Assembly: GCA_000146045.2 (NCBI GenBank)
Contig: BK006934.2
Location: forward strand, 480,001 to 544,000
Origin: TPA_inf: Saccharomyces
Taxonomy: Eukaryota
Reading direction: 5' to 3'
Length of the DNA stretch: 64,000 nucleotides
In this document: piece after piece, positions 11,713 through 24,196 of the stretch
How positions within the stretch are numbered: the stretch's first letter is position 1
How the letters are laid out: every line of letters begins with the position of its first letter
Notes under the pieces: model-generated
Databases searched by the model: none
Told to the model about the DNA's origin: nothing
The model's input: only the letters and a program-made list of their open reading frames with translations
Program-made: the position numbers and the translations under genes

Positions 11713-11930
11713 TGTACTATATTTCCGTCATCTCGGTTATCATCGTCACTTACAACGAGGTGCGAAAATTTTTTTCTTCTAAAGGTGAGAAGAAAACATG
11801 AAAAATTTTGAAAAATTTAACGATGAGATGGAGTTTTCAAGTAACTTTATGTAGTTGAAATACATATTAGTACTCCGTTGCAATATATAACGCCGGGCAT
11901 TCTCCACGTATATACATACCGTAGTGCACA

Positions 11931-13658
11931 ATGGGCTCCTCTTTGGATTTGGTGGCGAGCTTCTCGCATGATTCCACTCGTTTTGCATTCCAAGCAAGCG
12001 TCGCACAAAAGAACAATGTGGATATTTATCCATTAAATGAAACTAAGGATTATGTGGTCAATAGTTCATTAGTGAGTCATATTGACTATGAGACAAACGA
12101 TATGAAGGTTTCAGATGTAATCTTCTTTGGGTGGTGTAGTGATTTGATAGATACGCAGTCATCCAATATCAAAAGAAAATTAGATGAAGATGAAGGAACT
12201 GGTGAATCAAGTGAGCAAAGATGTGAAAACTTTTTCGTTAACGGATTTCCTGACGGAAGAATTGTTGTTTACTCTTCTAATGGTAAGGATATAGTTAATA
12301 TCATCAAGAATAAAAAAGAGATTTTGGGAGCAGACACAGACGAGTCTGATATATGGATTTTGGATAGTGATAAAGTCGTTAAGAAATTACAGTATAACAA
12401 TTCGAAACCTCTAAAGACTTTTACGCTAGTTGATGGTAAAGATGACGAAATAGTTCATTTCCAAATTTTGCACCAAAATGGCACTTTATTGGTATGCATT
12501 ATTACTAAACAGATGGTTTATATTGTTGATCCATCAAAGAGAAGACCCTCTACTAAGTATAGTTTTGAAATATCAGACGCTGTAGCATGTGAATTTTCTT
12601 CAGACGGTAAGTATCTGTTAATTGCCAACAACGAAGAATTAATAGCTTACGACTTGAAGGAAGATTCAAAGCTGATCCAATCATGGCCTGTCCAAGTGAA
12701 GACATTGAAAACTTTAGATGATTTGATAATGGCTTTGACTACTGATGGTAAAATTAATAATTATAAGATTGGCGAAGCCGACAAAGTTTGTTCTATAGTT
12801 GTAAATGAAGATTTGGAAATTATAGATTTCACGCCAATAAACAGCAAGCAACAGGTTCTAATTTCATGGCTAAATGTCAATGAACCCAACTTTGAATCTA
12901 TTTCTTTAAAAGAAATTGAAACTCAGGGGTATATTACAATAAACAAAAATGAAAAAAATAATGCTGATGAAGCGGACCAAAAGAAATTAGAAGAGAAAGA
13001 AGAAGAAGCTCAGCCTGAAGTTCAACATGAGAAGAAGGAGACTGAAACTAAGATAAACAAGAAAGTTAGTAAATCAGATCAAGTTGAAATTGCTAATATT
13101 CTCTCATCGCATTTAGAAGCTAATTCAACAGAAATATTGGATGATCTGATGTCTGGAAGTTGGACAGAACCAGAGATTAAAAAATTCATCTTAACCAAGA
13201 TCAATACAGTAGATCATCTAAGTAAGATATTTTTGACTATATCAAAGTCAATAACACAAAATCCATGGAATGAAGAAAATTTACTTCCGTTGTGGCTTAA
13301 GTGGTTGCTGACTTTGAAAAGTGGGGAGTTAAATTCTATAAAGGATAAACATACAAAGAAAAATTGCAAGCATTTAAAATCTGCATTAAGATCTTCAGAG
13401 GAGATCTTGCCTGTTCTACTCGGTATACAAGGTAGATTAGAAATGTTGAGGAGGCAAGCAAAATTGAGAGAGGATCTTGCACAACTATCTATGCAAGAGG
13501 GTGAAGATGATGAAATAGAAGTTATAGAGCATTCAAATGTAATTAGTAATCCTTTGCAGGATCAAGCATCGCCTGTTGAAAAGCTTGAACCAGATTCAAT
13601 TGTTTATGCAAATGGAGAAAGTGACGAATTTGTCGACGCATCGGAATACAAAGATTGA
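11931..13658 (+). CDS. UTP9: SSU processome/t-UTP subunit Utp9, 575 aa
   Basis: 575-aa ORF with an ATG at 11931, a WD-like N-terminal region and an acidic C-terminal tail. Confidence 0.9.
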   Translation: MGSSLDLVASFSHDSTRFAFQASVAQKNNVDIYPLNETKDYVVNSSLVSHIDYETNDMKVSDVIFFGWCSDLIDTQSSNIKRKLDEDEGTGESSEQRCENFFVNGFPDGRIVVYSSNGKDIVNIIKNKKEILGADTDESDIWILDSDKVVKKLQYNNSKPLKTFTLVDGKDDEIVHFQILHQNGTLLVCIITKQMVYIVDPSKRRPSTKYSFEISDAVACEFSSDGKYLLIANNEELIAYDLKEDSKLIQSWPVQVKTLKTLDDLIMALTTDGKINNYKIGEADKVCSIVVNEDLEIIDFTPINSKQQVLISWLNVNEPNFESISLKEIETQGYITINKNEKNNADEADQKKLEEKEEEAQPEVQHEKKETETKINKKVSKSDQVEIANILSSHLEANSTEILDDLMSGSWTEPEIKKFILTKINTVDHLSKIFLTISKSITQNPWNEENLLPLWLKWLLTLKSGELNSIKDKHTKKNCKHLKSALRSSEEILPVLLGIQGRLEMLRRQAKLREDLAQLSMQEGEDDEIEVIEHSNVISNPLQDQASPVEKLEPDSIVYANGESDEFVDASEYKD

Positions 13659-13895
13659 TCAAGCATTTTAAATATATTTAAGTATATACAAAGAAAAGTT
13701 TCACATGAGAAGCACTGATTGATGCAGCTATTAATTTTCAAAAGATTACGTTGTCTTCATCATTTGAGACGGGTCATCGCAAGAAAATTTTTCAATATTA
13801 AACTATAATAAAATGTAGTAAAAAATAGATGCAATACTACTATTCAATTTTTGTGGTTTTCCAGTTATCAAACTAAGTATAGACAAAATTTGAGC

Positions 13896-16187
13896 ATGTC
13901 AGAGGAATTTATCGCAGTTTCTACTTTGGCTAGAAACCTGGAAATTGCCAAGGGTAATGAGTTTCATACCATTTTGGCGACTTTAAGATCACCAGTTTAT
14001 ATCAATGAACAGCTGCTAAAATCCGAATTGAGCTTCCTTGTTACAAAAATCCTAAAACTTATCAGATCAGGCAATGACTTTGATCTTTGGAAAGGATGTC
14101 ACACCTCTGTTGTGACTTGCGCCTATAATCCACTGGTCTTATCGACTCATGGAGGTCAATTGCTTGCTGCCATTTATTCCAGATTGGAACAGAAGACGGG
14201 TTTCTATTCTTCGGTTATTTCTTCATCACATGGAAAGCAGCTATTCAATACCCTTATTTCTTCTGTAGCGATTATCATTGATTTAATGAAGAATAAACCT
14301 ACGTTATCGAGAGAAGCACTGGTTCCCAAATTAAAGGCTATCATTCCAACGTTAATTACATTGTCTCAATACGAGCCCGAACTTGTTCTACCAGTACTAC
14401 AGAGGATATTGAAGAGAAACACTACAACATTTAAGCCATTTACCAACAAATTCCGCACTGTGTTAATCAATTTAATCATATCAGACTATGCTTCTTTAGG
14501 CACTAAGACGCAGAGGCTTGTTTGCGAAAACTTTGCTTATTTGCATTTGCTGAAAATTCAGGTTAGTGATACTAGCGATGACGAAACTCAAGCACATCAC
14601 AAAATATATGCTGATTCTAATTGGAGAACAGGATTAATGTCCATCTTATCACAATTCAAGCCCATAATTCAATTATGTGGAGAAATCTTGGATTTTGAAC
14701 AAGATAATGAGCTGTATAAACTAATTAAAAGTTTACCGGTTATCGATGAATCCAATAACAAAGAAGAATTTTTACCCTCATTGAAATTAGACTTCAACGC
14801 ACCTTTAACTTTATGGGAAATTCCACAACGTTTGTCCTTATTGGCTGACATGCTTGTTGCTTTCATCTCTTTACCAACTCCCTTTCCCATTCGAGTTCCG
14901 CTGGGTGGTATTAATTCCCTTTGTGAAGTTTTGTTGGGAGTTAGTAACAAATATTTACCGTTAAAAAAAGAATTGCGTCATGATAATGAACTAAATGGGG
15001 TCATCAATACCATCTTACCTCAAATACAATTTCAAGGCATTAGGTTATGGGAAATTATGGTTTCAAAATATGGCAAATGCGGTTTATCATTTTTCGAAGG
15101 AATCCTTTCTTCCATTGAACTTTTCATTCCATTAAAAAAGAAAAGTAACAATGAAATTGATTTTAATGTTGTTGGGTCTTTAAAATTTGAGTTTGCTACT
15201 GTTTTCAGATTGGTAAATATGATTTTGTCTCATTTAGGCCACCAACTGAACATAATCAGCGTCATATCCCAATTAATCGAAGTGGCGTTGTTCTTATCTC
15301 ATGATAAAACATTGATTGATTCTTTATTCAAAAATCGTAAAAGCATCATGAAACAACAGACTAAAACAAAACAATCAAAGAGGAGTAAAAGTGCCGAAGG
15401 TGCATTTTCTGATATTTATACGCACCCAGAGCTATTTGTGTGTAAAAATTCCATGAATTGGTTCAATGAAATCAATGATTTTTTTATTACTGCACTAAAT
15501 AATTGGATTTTGCCTTCAACTCCACATATTCAAATTTTGAAATATAGTATCACGCAATCTTTAAGATTAAAGGAAAGATTTGGTTATATTCCAGAAAGCT
15601 TTGTTAATCTCCTGCGTTGCGAGGTTCTTCACCCAGGTAGTGAACGTGTTTCAATTTTACCGATTGCAATATCACTATTAAAGAATATCAATGATGATAT
15701 GTTTGAATTACTGTGTCATCCAAAAGTGCCAGTCGGTATGGTGTACCAGTTGCACAAACCTTTGGACTTAGGCGAAGACGGGGAAGTAAGGGATGATATC
15801 AACAAGAAGGAGGTTGAAACGAACGAATCATCCTCAAACGCCAATACTGGCCTGGAGACTTTAAAAGCGTTAGAAAATTTGGAAAATGTTACAATCCCTG
15901 AACCCAAACACGAAGTCCCAAAGGTCGTCGATGATACTGCCATATTCAAGAAAAGGTCAGTAGAAGAAGTCATTGAAAGAGAGTCTACATCTTCACATAA
16001 GAAAGTGAAATTCGTTGAAGAAACAACCGTGGATAATGGCGAAGAATTGATTGTAAAAAAAGCTGTAAGCCAAACTAAGGAAGAAGAGAAGCCAATGGAG
16101 GACAGTGAAGATGAAGAACAGGAGGAGTTTGAAATTCCCGCTATCGAATTAAGTGATGACGAAGAGGAGGAGGAAGAAGAAGAATAA
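13896..16187 (+). CDS. RIX1: Rix1 (pre-60S Rix1-Ipi1-Ipi3 complex), 763 aa
   Basis: The track ORF 13851 starts with TTG. The first ATG, at 13896, gives MSEEFIAVSTLARNLEIAKG..., 763 aa, with an acidic C-terminal tail ending in a run of nine Glu. Confidence 0.85.
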   Translation: MSEEFIAVSTLARNLEIAKGNEFHTILATLRSPVYINEQLLKSELSFLVTKILKLIRSGNDFDLWKGCHTSVVTCAYNPLVLSTHGGQLLAAIYSRLEQKTGFYSSVISSSHGKQLFNTLISSVAIIIDLMKNKPTLSREALVPKLKAIIPTLITLSQYEPELVLPVLQRILKRNTTTFKPFTNKFRTVLINLIISDYASLGTKTQRLVCENFAYLHLLKIQVSDTSDDETQAHHKIYADSNWRTGLMSILSQFKPIIQLCGEILDFEQDNELYKLIKSLPVIDESNNKEEFLPSLKLDFNAPLTLWEIPQRLSLLADMLVAFISLPTPFPIRVPLGGINSLCEVLLGVSNKYLPLKKELRHDNELNGVINTILPQIQFQGIRLWEIMVSKYGKCGLSFFEGILSSIELFIPLKKKSNNEIDFNVVGSLKFEFATVFRLVNMILSHLGHQLNIISVISQLIEVALFLSHDKTLIDSLFKNRKSIMKQQTKTKQSKRSKSAEGAFSDIYTHPELFVCKNSMNWFNEINDFFITALNNWILPSTPHIQILKYSITQSLRLKERFGYIPESFVNLLRCEVLHPGSERVSILPIAISLLKNINDDMFELLCHPKVPVGMVYQLHKPLDLGEDGEVRDDINKKEVETNESSSNANTGLETLKALENLENVTIPEPKHEVPKVVDDTAIFKKRSVEEVIERESTSSHKKVKFVEETTVDNGEELIVKKAVSQTKEEEKPMEDSEDEEQEEFEIPAIELSDDEEEEEEEE

Positions 16188-16314
16188 TAATATCAACCAG
16201 ATTTTGTTTGGTTATATTTCGACTAGAATATATGTATGCATATGCTAAAATTGTACATAGGCATTTACGAATGAAAATAGTGTAGAGGTATGAACAAGAC
16301 TAAATTCTAAAAGT

Positions 16315-17280
16315 TTAGAGGAGTGTGATCAATTTGTCGATAGCTGTTTTTTTGGCTTGTGGAGAAGGAGATTTTTCGCCACATAAATATTGGCTAAATA
16401 AGAATTTTCCGACGAGTTGATTATTAACTACTCCCATGACCTCAAATTCGTTGTTTTTACTGTCATGATATGAAAATTGTAAAGCGCCGTTGGCTAATAA
16501 TTCGATGATCAAATCGTCATTTTTCCTGACGGATCCCTTACGTGAAAAGGCATCATTTAACTCACTTAGGCCCTTCGCCAGTGTGTCTTTATTATTGGCC
16601 ACATCGGGATGTTTAGAAATAGTTTTGACCAGGCCCTCCTTAAGATGCTTAAAATCTGTATTCCTTACGGGAGTTATCTTGGCTAGCATTCTCATTCCAG
16701 AATCCAGTAAGTCATCAATCATCATAACGGATTTTGAGTCATCACGTTTCAATAATCTAGCTAGATTCTCCTTAGGAGTCTTAGAATCATCCACATCAAG
16801 GAAATATTTATGTAAATAAGTTTCATTTAGAGTGTCTGAAACAAGGTTTTCGTCATTTTCAGCTAGATAAAGACCCAAGGCATAGACCTTGAACCTCAAA
16901 AACGTGACGTGCCTTTGACCATATCCCAGTAATTTAAAAGTTGTAGAGACAGGGAAATTTAAAGCAGTAATCGTTAGTGGGAAATCTGATACGCTAGAGT
17001 CTACCTGTATCGATTCAGTATGAGAAGGAAAAGCATCAGTTTTATCGTCATTTTGTACCGGACGATCACGGTAGTATAACGAAGTAGCGAGCAATGTTGA
17101 CGCCGCAAACCAGGGCCAATAGTGGAACGTCGAATTAGAACGCCCAGGGTATTTAGTGGCTCGTATACTAGTAAAATTTCTTTTGAAACATTGCCAATGG
17201 TTGGTTGATGGAGATTTCTGACATTTAGCTAGTGTTCGCTGGAGTGATTTTAGCATATTGGCGCACCTTCCTCTGTCCAT
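16315..17280 (-). CDS. AIM18: Mitochondrial chalcone-isomerase-like protein Aim18, 321 aa
   Basis: 321-aa ORF with an ATG at 17280 and a mitochondrial presequence. It is a paralog of the adjacent AIM46. Confidence 0.9.
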   Translation of the reverse strand: MDRGRCANMLKSLQRTLAKCQKSPSTNHWQCFKRNFTSIRATKYPGRSNSTFHYWPWFAASTLLATSLYYRDRPVQNDDKTDAFPSHTESIQVDSSVSDFPLTITALNFPVSTTFKLLGYGQRHVTFLRFKVYALGLYLAENDENLVSDTLNETYLHKYFLDVDDSKTPKENLARLLKRDDSKSVMMIDDLLDSGMRMLAKITPVRNTDFKHLKEGLVKTISKHPDVANNKDTLAKGLSELNDAFSRKGSVRKNDDLIIELLANGALQFSYHDSKNNEFEVMGVVNNQLVGKFLFSQYLCGEKSPSPQAKKTAIDKLITLL

Positions 17281-17489
17281 GAAGGGATTCTATCGCGGTT
17301 GTAACGCCGTAAGAGTTTTGAATTGATTTTTTCTTGTCAAAACCGAATAGCATTGTAAACATTTTGAGGGGTCCCTCCTAGAAAAATTGAGTCGAAAGGA
17401 AACTCAAAAAAACATCATTAGAGTATATGTGCAGCTTTTGGAACAGCGTATGTATTATGTAATTGTATGTAGAAGTCGGCGAAAGTGTC

Positions 17490-18422
17490 CTAAGATAGAG
17501 AGACGAGTGCATCGATTACTTCCTTCCTAGCCTCCGGAGAAGGAGGATCCACAGCAGCTAGGTAGTGGGCAAATAAGAGCTTTCCAATAAGGGGTTCCTT
17601 CACTGTGCCCAATATCACAAATTCATCCTTCTTTCTTGCGTAGTAAGACAAATTCATAGAGCAGTCCTTATTCAGCTCAATGAAAAAATCATCATCTCGA
17701 GCCACAAGTCCTTTTACGCTCCTGAAACAGTCATGCAATTCTTGGAATCCAGCTTCCAGCCGGTCTTTGTCTTGAGACTGAGAATCTGGGTTCTTTAGGA
17801 CGCTCTTTTTGGTGCCGTCCATCAATAACTTGAAGGAACCTGCTTTTATCGGAGTATTCTTGGACATTAGTCTGATTCCGCTGTCTAAGAGGTTATTAAT
17901 CAGGATAGGGGCCTTAGCAGGATCGTTCAAAGCCGCACGCAAATTATCCTGATGTGAGTTTTCCGGTGATGGGGGTGCCGCAGTGTCGATGAACGCCTGA
18001 GACAGGAACTTTGAGTCCAGTACTTCAGAGACCAGATGTTTGTCTTCAGCGGCCACATATATGCCCAGACCATATGCTTTGAAAGTGATCGATGAGACAC
18101 AACGTACACCCTTACCAATCAGCTCATATTGCGTGGAGAAGGGCCACTGTGGGGGGCCCATCTTCTTAGGGAACGCAGAGATGGATGCGTCCACTGCAAC
18201 GCTGGTGGCATCCGCCTTTTTGATCTGGGAATCGTCATACCATTTCTTCGCGAATATGGATGCCAGTGCTAACCCTGTTAACACAGGCACTACTTTGCTG
18301 CCCTTCTTGTTCACACGAGCATTGCCCGCTGTAGTAGAGTAGTGAGAATACCATTGTGGGGCCCTCCTCATACCTACCTCTAGGCAATTTGTTTTCACCA
18401 AAACTTTACTGATTAAACGCAT
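17490..18422 (-). CDS. AIM46: Mitochondrial chalcone-isomerase-like protein Aim46, 310 aa
   Basis: 310-aa ORF with an ATG at 18422. It is alignable with AIM18 along its whole length, for example LIGKLLFAHYL versus LVGKFLFSQYL. Confidence 0.9.
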   Translation of the reverse strand: MRLISKVLVKTNCLEVGMRRAPQWYSHYSTTAGNARVNKKGSKVVPVLTGLALASIFAKKWYDDSQIKKADATSVAVDASISAFPKKMGPPQWPFSTQYELIGKGVRCVSSITFKAYGLGIYVAAEDKHLVSEVLDSKFLSQAFIDTAAPPSPENSHQDNLRAALNDPAKAPILINNLLDSGIRLMSKNTPIKAGSFKLLMDGTKKSVLKNPDSQSQDKDRLEAGFQELHDCFRSVKGLVARDDDFFIELNKDCSMNLSYYARKKDEFVILGTVKEPLIGKLLFAHYLAAVDPPSPEARKEVIDALVSLS

Positions 18423-18570
18423 GTTTCCATATACCTGGCCTTCTGCTAAGTAGACATGTATTCAACAAGGGGATGTAACCACACGCTGCTTTAATACCAA
18501 CAAATCGGCCGCTGATTAGTAATAGGTGCATCATTGCGAATACCGAGAAAGGGTCCATTATACGAACTAA

Positions 18571-18719
18571 TCATTCTATACGGCGTCCTTCCTGTTCAAG
18601 CACCTCTCTGATTAGTTCCTTTGATTGAGGCGCTGATGTTGCATCAGGCTGCTGGAGCAGATTTAGTTTCTTTAACGTCTCCTCTTTAATATTTTCGATC
18701 AGTTTTTCTGTTGTTTCCA
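18571..18719 (-). CDS. NBL1: NBL1 exon 2; the spliced product is 73 aa
   Basis: The 67-nt intron 18720..18786 has a GTATGT 5' splice site, a TACTAAC branch point (18736..18730) and a CAG 3' splice site. Exon 2 reads LETTEKLIENIKEETLKKLNLLQQPDATSAPQSKELIREVLEQEGRRIE before the stop. Exons 1 and 2 total 222 nt, giving 73 aa. Confidence 0.8.
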
Positions 18720-18786
18720 CTGAGGTTGTGTTAGTAATTAGTGCGGGTGAAGGTTGGGGGTAGAGTGTTGCGGTGAGGTGACATAC

Positions 18787-18859
18787 GTTCCAGCTGCATT
18801 CGATGTAGTATTGCGCTGCGCAACTTCTGCCGTTCTTCGGGAGTGAGAGCCGGTATCAT
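18787..18859 (-). CDS. NBL1: NBL1 (borealin-like CPC subunit) exon 1, 73 nt
   Basis: The ATG at 18859 reads MIPALTPEERQKLRSAILHRMQLE on the minus strand. It is followed immediately by GTATGT (18786..18781 on the minus strand). Confidence 0.8.
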
Positions 18860-18975
18860 CGTAACCGAGTGCGGCAGCTGCCCTTTTGCTGATGTTGTTG
18901 CCACTTCTTGTTTACAATTGTATTCTCTTGAAGTTATATGGCATTATAGCTGCCGGGTTATTTCCGCCAGGCGGG

Positions 18976-18986
18976 TTTTCGCCACC
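18976..18986 (-). promoter_or_regulatory. PACE-like Rpn4 site (reverse complement GGTGGCGAAAA versus GGTGGCAAA), ~95 bp upstream of the RPN10 ATG
   Basis: One mismatch to the PACE consensus. RPN10 is a proteasome gene. Confidence 0.3.
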
Positions 18987-19078
18987 GGAATTTACAACTA
19001 AATACACACTTATATCAGACTTTTAAAGCGTAAAGAAAGAAGGGAAAAGTCAATAAATAACTCAGCAGTAACCGCACA

Positions 19079-19885
19079 ATGGTATTGGAAGCTACAGTGT
19101 TAGTGATTGATAATTCAGAGTACTCTCGCAATGGCGACTTTCCTAGGACAAGGTTTGAAGCCCAGATCGACTCGGTAGAGTTCATATTTCAAGCCAAGAG
19201 AAACAGCAATCCTGAGAATACAGTGGGTCTTATCTCTGGTGCTGGCGCCAACCCCAGGGTGTTATCTACGTTTACCGCCGAGTTTGGGAAGATTCTTGCT
19301 GGACTACACGACACGCAGATCGAGGGTAAGCTGCATATGGCCACTGCGTTGCAGATCGCTCAGCTGACTTTGAAGCATCGCCAGAATAAGGTCCAACATC
19401 AAAGGATTGTGGCATTTGTGTGTAGCCCAATAAGTGATTCTCGAGACGAATTGATCAGATTGGCAAAAACACTGAAAAAGAATAATGTTGCCGTGGACAT
19501 CATCAATTTTGGAGAGATTGAACAGAACACGGAGCTTTTGGATGAGTTCATAGCTGCAGTGAACAACCCTCAAGAAGAAACTAGTCATTTGCTTACTGTG
19601 ACGCCTGGCCCCAGACTGCTGTACGAGAACATCGCATCTTCACCCATAATTCTCGAAGAAGGATCCTCCGGTATGGGCGCCTTTGGTGGGTCTGGCGGTG
19701 ATTCCGATGCCAATGGCACATTTATGGACTTCGGGGTAGACCCATCAATGGACCCAGAACTGGCAATGGCCTTGCGTCTGTCTATGGAAGAAGAGCAGCA
19801 AAGACAGGAAAGGTTAAGACAGCAGCAACAACAACAAGATCAGCCTGAGCAGTCTGAACAGCCTGAACAACACCAAGACAAATAG
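19079..19885 (+). CDS. RPN10: Proteasome ubiquitin receptor Rpn10, 268 aa
   Basis: 268-aa ORF with an ATG at 19079, an N-terminal VWA domain, a UIM-like region (ELAMALRLSMEEEQ) and a Q-rich tail. Confidence 0.9.
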   Translation: MVLEATVLVIDNSEYSRNGDFPRTRFEAQIDSVEFIFQAKRNSNPENTVGLISGAGANPRVLSTFTAEFGKILAGLHDTQIEGKLHMATALQIAQLTLKHRQNKVQHQRIVAFVCSPISDSRDELIRLAKTLKKNNVAVDIINFGEIEQNTELLDEFIAAVNNPQEETSHLLTVTPGPRLLYENIASSPIILEEGSSGMGAFGGSGGDSDANGTFMDFGVDPSMDPELAMALRLSMEEEQQRQERLRQQQQQQDQPEQSEQPEQHQDK

Positions 19886-19949
19886 TAGTGTACAAAAATA
19901 TCTATATGGGTCATATATAAACCAAATAAAGCATATATAACATCTCCCT

Positions 19950-21176
<1,227 letters not shown>

Positions 21177-22387
21177 TTATTTGTTTCAAGTGGCTTTAGT
21201 TAATTATGTACACTTCGTTTCTTTTTTCTACTCTTAAAAGTGAAAAAAATGAAAAATCAGCGGCATGTATAGCATACAGATAATAGGAAAAAGGTTGTGA
21301 GTTATTCTTCGAGACTATTTCGACTCGTATTCTAAATTAGAATTCAAGTAGGTGGATAATGTGACAAAATGAATGAAGGTTAGAGCTTTACACAGAGTAT
21401 TATCCTCGGCGTTTTCTATCAAAGCTTCTGGTTATTCCATACTTTTTTCAAGGACAGCAGAAACATATGCCATTTTACACCTCCTGGGAAAATAATTTGT
21501 AATTTTCTAGTGACTCAATGCTTGTTGAAAGTGATCTTGTATAATGAGTGTACACATGAGATGTGCAAATTTCTTCATTACTTAGCGAGAAGTGTACACT
21601 CTTGAATATAATAACACTAACAGTGGAATCATCGGTAATAATAATACTATTGATCGTAGTGAAAGCAAAACACGACTGTACTTGAGTTATAAATTTTGTT
21701 GCTGTAGAAATTTCAGTGATCATTCATTAGCAACTTATTAAGATGACGATTATATTTTACGGTTCTTTTCACAAACCATTATACTTGCTAAAGGTTGTAA
21801 AAGTCATACACTTTTTAACATCAAGATTTCAGTACAACAATTTCTTACATGTAAAATCGTTTGCAAATTAAGTTCGCCAAATTGTATCTTAATTAAAATC
21901 TATGTGTTCAGAAGTTGAATATTGGTAAAAAGAAACAAAATGTATAAACGAACGAAAAAGGAAGTGATCAAAATAGAGTAAGGAACCAAGGCATTAGGTT
22001 CACCCGAACGTTATCATATATACGCTCATATTATTCCAAGAAAGACACATTTGTCTAGATAGGTTTCGGTAAAGGCGTCCGTAGTTAGAGAGTAGATGGC
22101 ACTAACTTGAAAGCAGGAAAACAAACAATTGTGTTCCAGAGCAAACTCGAACTTTCTATCTGAACCATTGCATGACGTAAAATTATTATTACAACCATAA
22201 TGAAACATTTCTACAGTATATCTTTAATATTATTTTTTACTTTAGTGTCCTTATCGATCAGTCGCTCTTTCGCCAACTAGCCGCCAATTGCAAAAGCCGA
22301 TAAGCTTATTTCCCCTCAAGCCGTCAACAAGAACTACAGCAATAACAAAGAGAGTGAATGCAATAAAGGTGTGCGCAACAGTGTAAA

Positions 22388-24196
22388 ATGATACTAAAGC
22401 TTGTACACTGTTTAGTTGCTCTTACAGGATTAATCTTTGCAAAGCCGTATCAACAACAACAGGCAGTTTTAGCGCCGTCGCAGGATGTACCATTAAGAGA
22501 TATCCATATAGGGGATATAAATTTTATCCATACAACCGATACTCATGGCTGGTTGGGGTCCCATCTATCACAAAACGACTATGATGCTGACTGGGGAGAT
22601 TTCGTTGCATTTGTAGATATACTTAGAGAAAAAATTTTACGACAGTCCAGAGACGTAATAGTCATCGACACTGGCGACAAACGAGACGGTAATGGTTTGA
22701 GTGATGCTACTTGGCCCCCCGGCCTACGAAGCTCGGAGATATTCAACATGATGGATTACGATCTTTTAACGTTAGGTAATCATGAGCTATATACAGCTGA
22801 AAGTGCCATACTAGAGTATAGAGGAACTTCTCAGTCCTCAAAATTCAAAGACAAATATGTTTGCAGCAACGTAGAATTTATTGAAGATGACGGAACAAGG
22901 GTTCCTTTCGGGAATAAATACATTACATTCGAGACTCCCATAATGAAACAAAGAGTCCTGGCATTATCATTTTTGTTTAGTTTTCAAAGAGCAAATAACA
23001 GAGCCATCGTAACACCACCATTGGAAGAAATAACTCAAAAAAGCTGGTTCCAAAATATGGTTGAGACAAACAGAGAGGAGGAAATCGACCTAATTATTGT
23101 CTTTGGTCATTTGCCTGCCACTGACCCTACAGAGCGTGAAATGCACAAAATTCATGCTCTAATAAGGAAATACTACCCAAATACTGTTATACAATATTTT
23201 GGAGGGCACACTCATATCAGGGATTTTGTACAGCTGGACTCAAAATCTACTTGTTTACAAAGTGGTAGATTTGCGGAAACTGTGGGATTCTTGTCAATTA
23301 ATATGACTGACCCTGTGGACGCCGAAAGTCCTATTTTCTCAAGAAGGTATATTGACTTTAACAAGGAAGCTTTCAAATACCATTTGAGCAAACTAGGGCA
23401 TGACTCGAATGTTCCAGTCTCAACGAAAAAGGGTAAAACTATTTCTCGTTTGGTGAATGATCTGCGCCATGAACTAAATTTGAACGAGAAACTGGGGTAC
23501 ATTCCTCAAACTTACTACGTTTCAACAAGGCCATTAAACTCCGAAGAGAATCTTTATCATTTGATCACGCATAAGATTTTACCCAATTTAATTCCTCCCA
23601 AAAACTATGAACCTTCGATGAGTCGTTTCATTTTGATTAACACTGGCTCTGTCAGGTACGATCTTTACAAAGGCCCATTTACAAAGGATACTGAGTATAT
23701 AGTGATGCCATTCAATAATGATTGGCGCTTCATCACAGTTCCATTGGTCGTTGCCTCCAGGGTGGAAACCTATTTGAACAAGGGCCCTGTCATTGCCTCA
23801 TTAGGAATACCATCATCGTCTCATCACAAACAGCATTTTGGCGGTTTTCAGAAGTGTCCCTTCATCAATAATCCAAATTTAAGCGAAGGCTACACCACAG
23901 AAGACGATTTCGGGTGTCATGGTGATGACACACCTCACAATTCACAAAGAGAATACGATATCCCCAATGTAGTGCAATGTAAAGAGGTGAAGAAAGTGCA
24001 AGAAGAGGAAGCTGATCCGTCGAAGATGGTTCATGTTATCTTCTATTCCTTTATGGAACTCGATATATTAAACGCCGTAAATTCTATCATAAATGATTTA
24101 GGATTACGTATGGAGAACTTGACCACCAATGACTGCTCCCATTATGGTGGTGATTCAACCAAAAAGTTATTACGGGATTACTTTTCTCAATTTTAG
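22388..24196 (+). CDS. YHR202W: Uncharacterised calcineurin-like metallophosphoesterase / 5'-nucleotidase-like protein, 602 aa
   Basis: 602-aa ORF with an ATG at 22388, an N-terminal signal peptide and metallophosphoesterase motifs (DTHGW, GNHE). Synteny supports the call. Confidence 0.85.
   Translation: MILKLVHCLVALTGLIFAKPYQQQQAVLAPSQDVPLRDIHIGDINFIHTTDTHGWLGSHLSQNDYDADWGDFVAFVDILREKILRQSRDVIVIDTGDKRDGNGLSDATWPPGLRSSEIFNMMDYDLLTLGNHELYTAESAILEYRGTSQSSKFKDKYVCSNVEFIEDDGTRVPFGNKYITFETPIMKQRVLALSFLFSFQRANNRAIVTPPLEEITQKSWFQNMVETNREEEIDLIIVFGHLPATDPTEREMHKIHALIRKYYPNTVIQYFGGHTHIRDFVQLDSKSTCLQSGRFAETVGFLSINMTDPVDAESPIFSRRYIDFNKEAFKYHLSKLGHDSNVPVSTKKGKTISRLVNDLRHELNLNEKLGYIPQTYYVSTRPLNSEENLYHLITHKILPNLIPPKNYEPSMSRFILINTGSVRYDLYKGPFTKDTEYIVMPFNNDWRFITVPLVVASRVETYLNKGPVIASLGIPSSSHHKQHFGGFQKCPFINNPNLSEGYTTEDDFGCHGDDTPHNSQREYDIPNVVQCKEVKKVQEEEADPSKMVHVIFYSFMELDILNAVNSIINDLGLRMENLTTNDCSHYGGDSTKKLLRDYFSQF

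Noticed and set aside
21475-22000. Candidate ARS consensus matches in the AT-rich PPX1/YHR202W intergenic region (for example reverse-complement TTTTACATGTA near 21846..21856, 10 of 11)
   Set aside because: Single near-matches to the 11-bp ACS are frequent in AT-rich DNA. I cannot evaluate B elements or origin activity from sequence alone.
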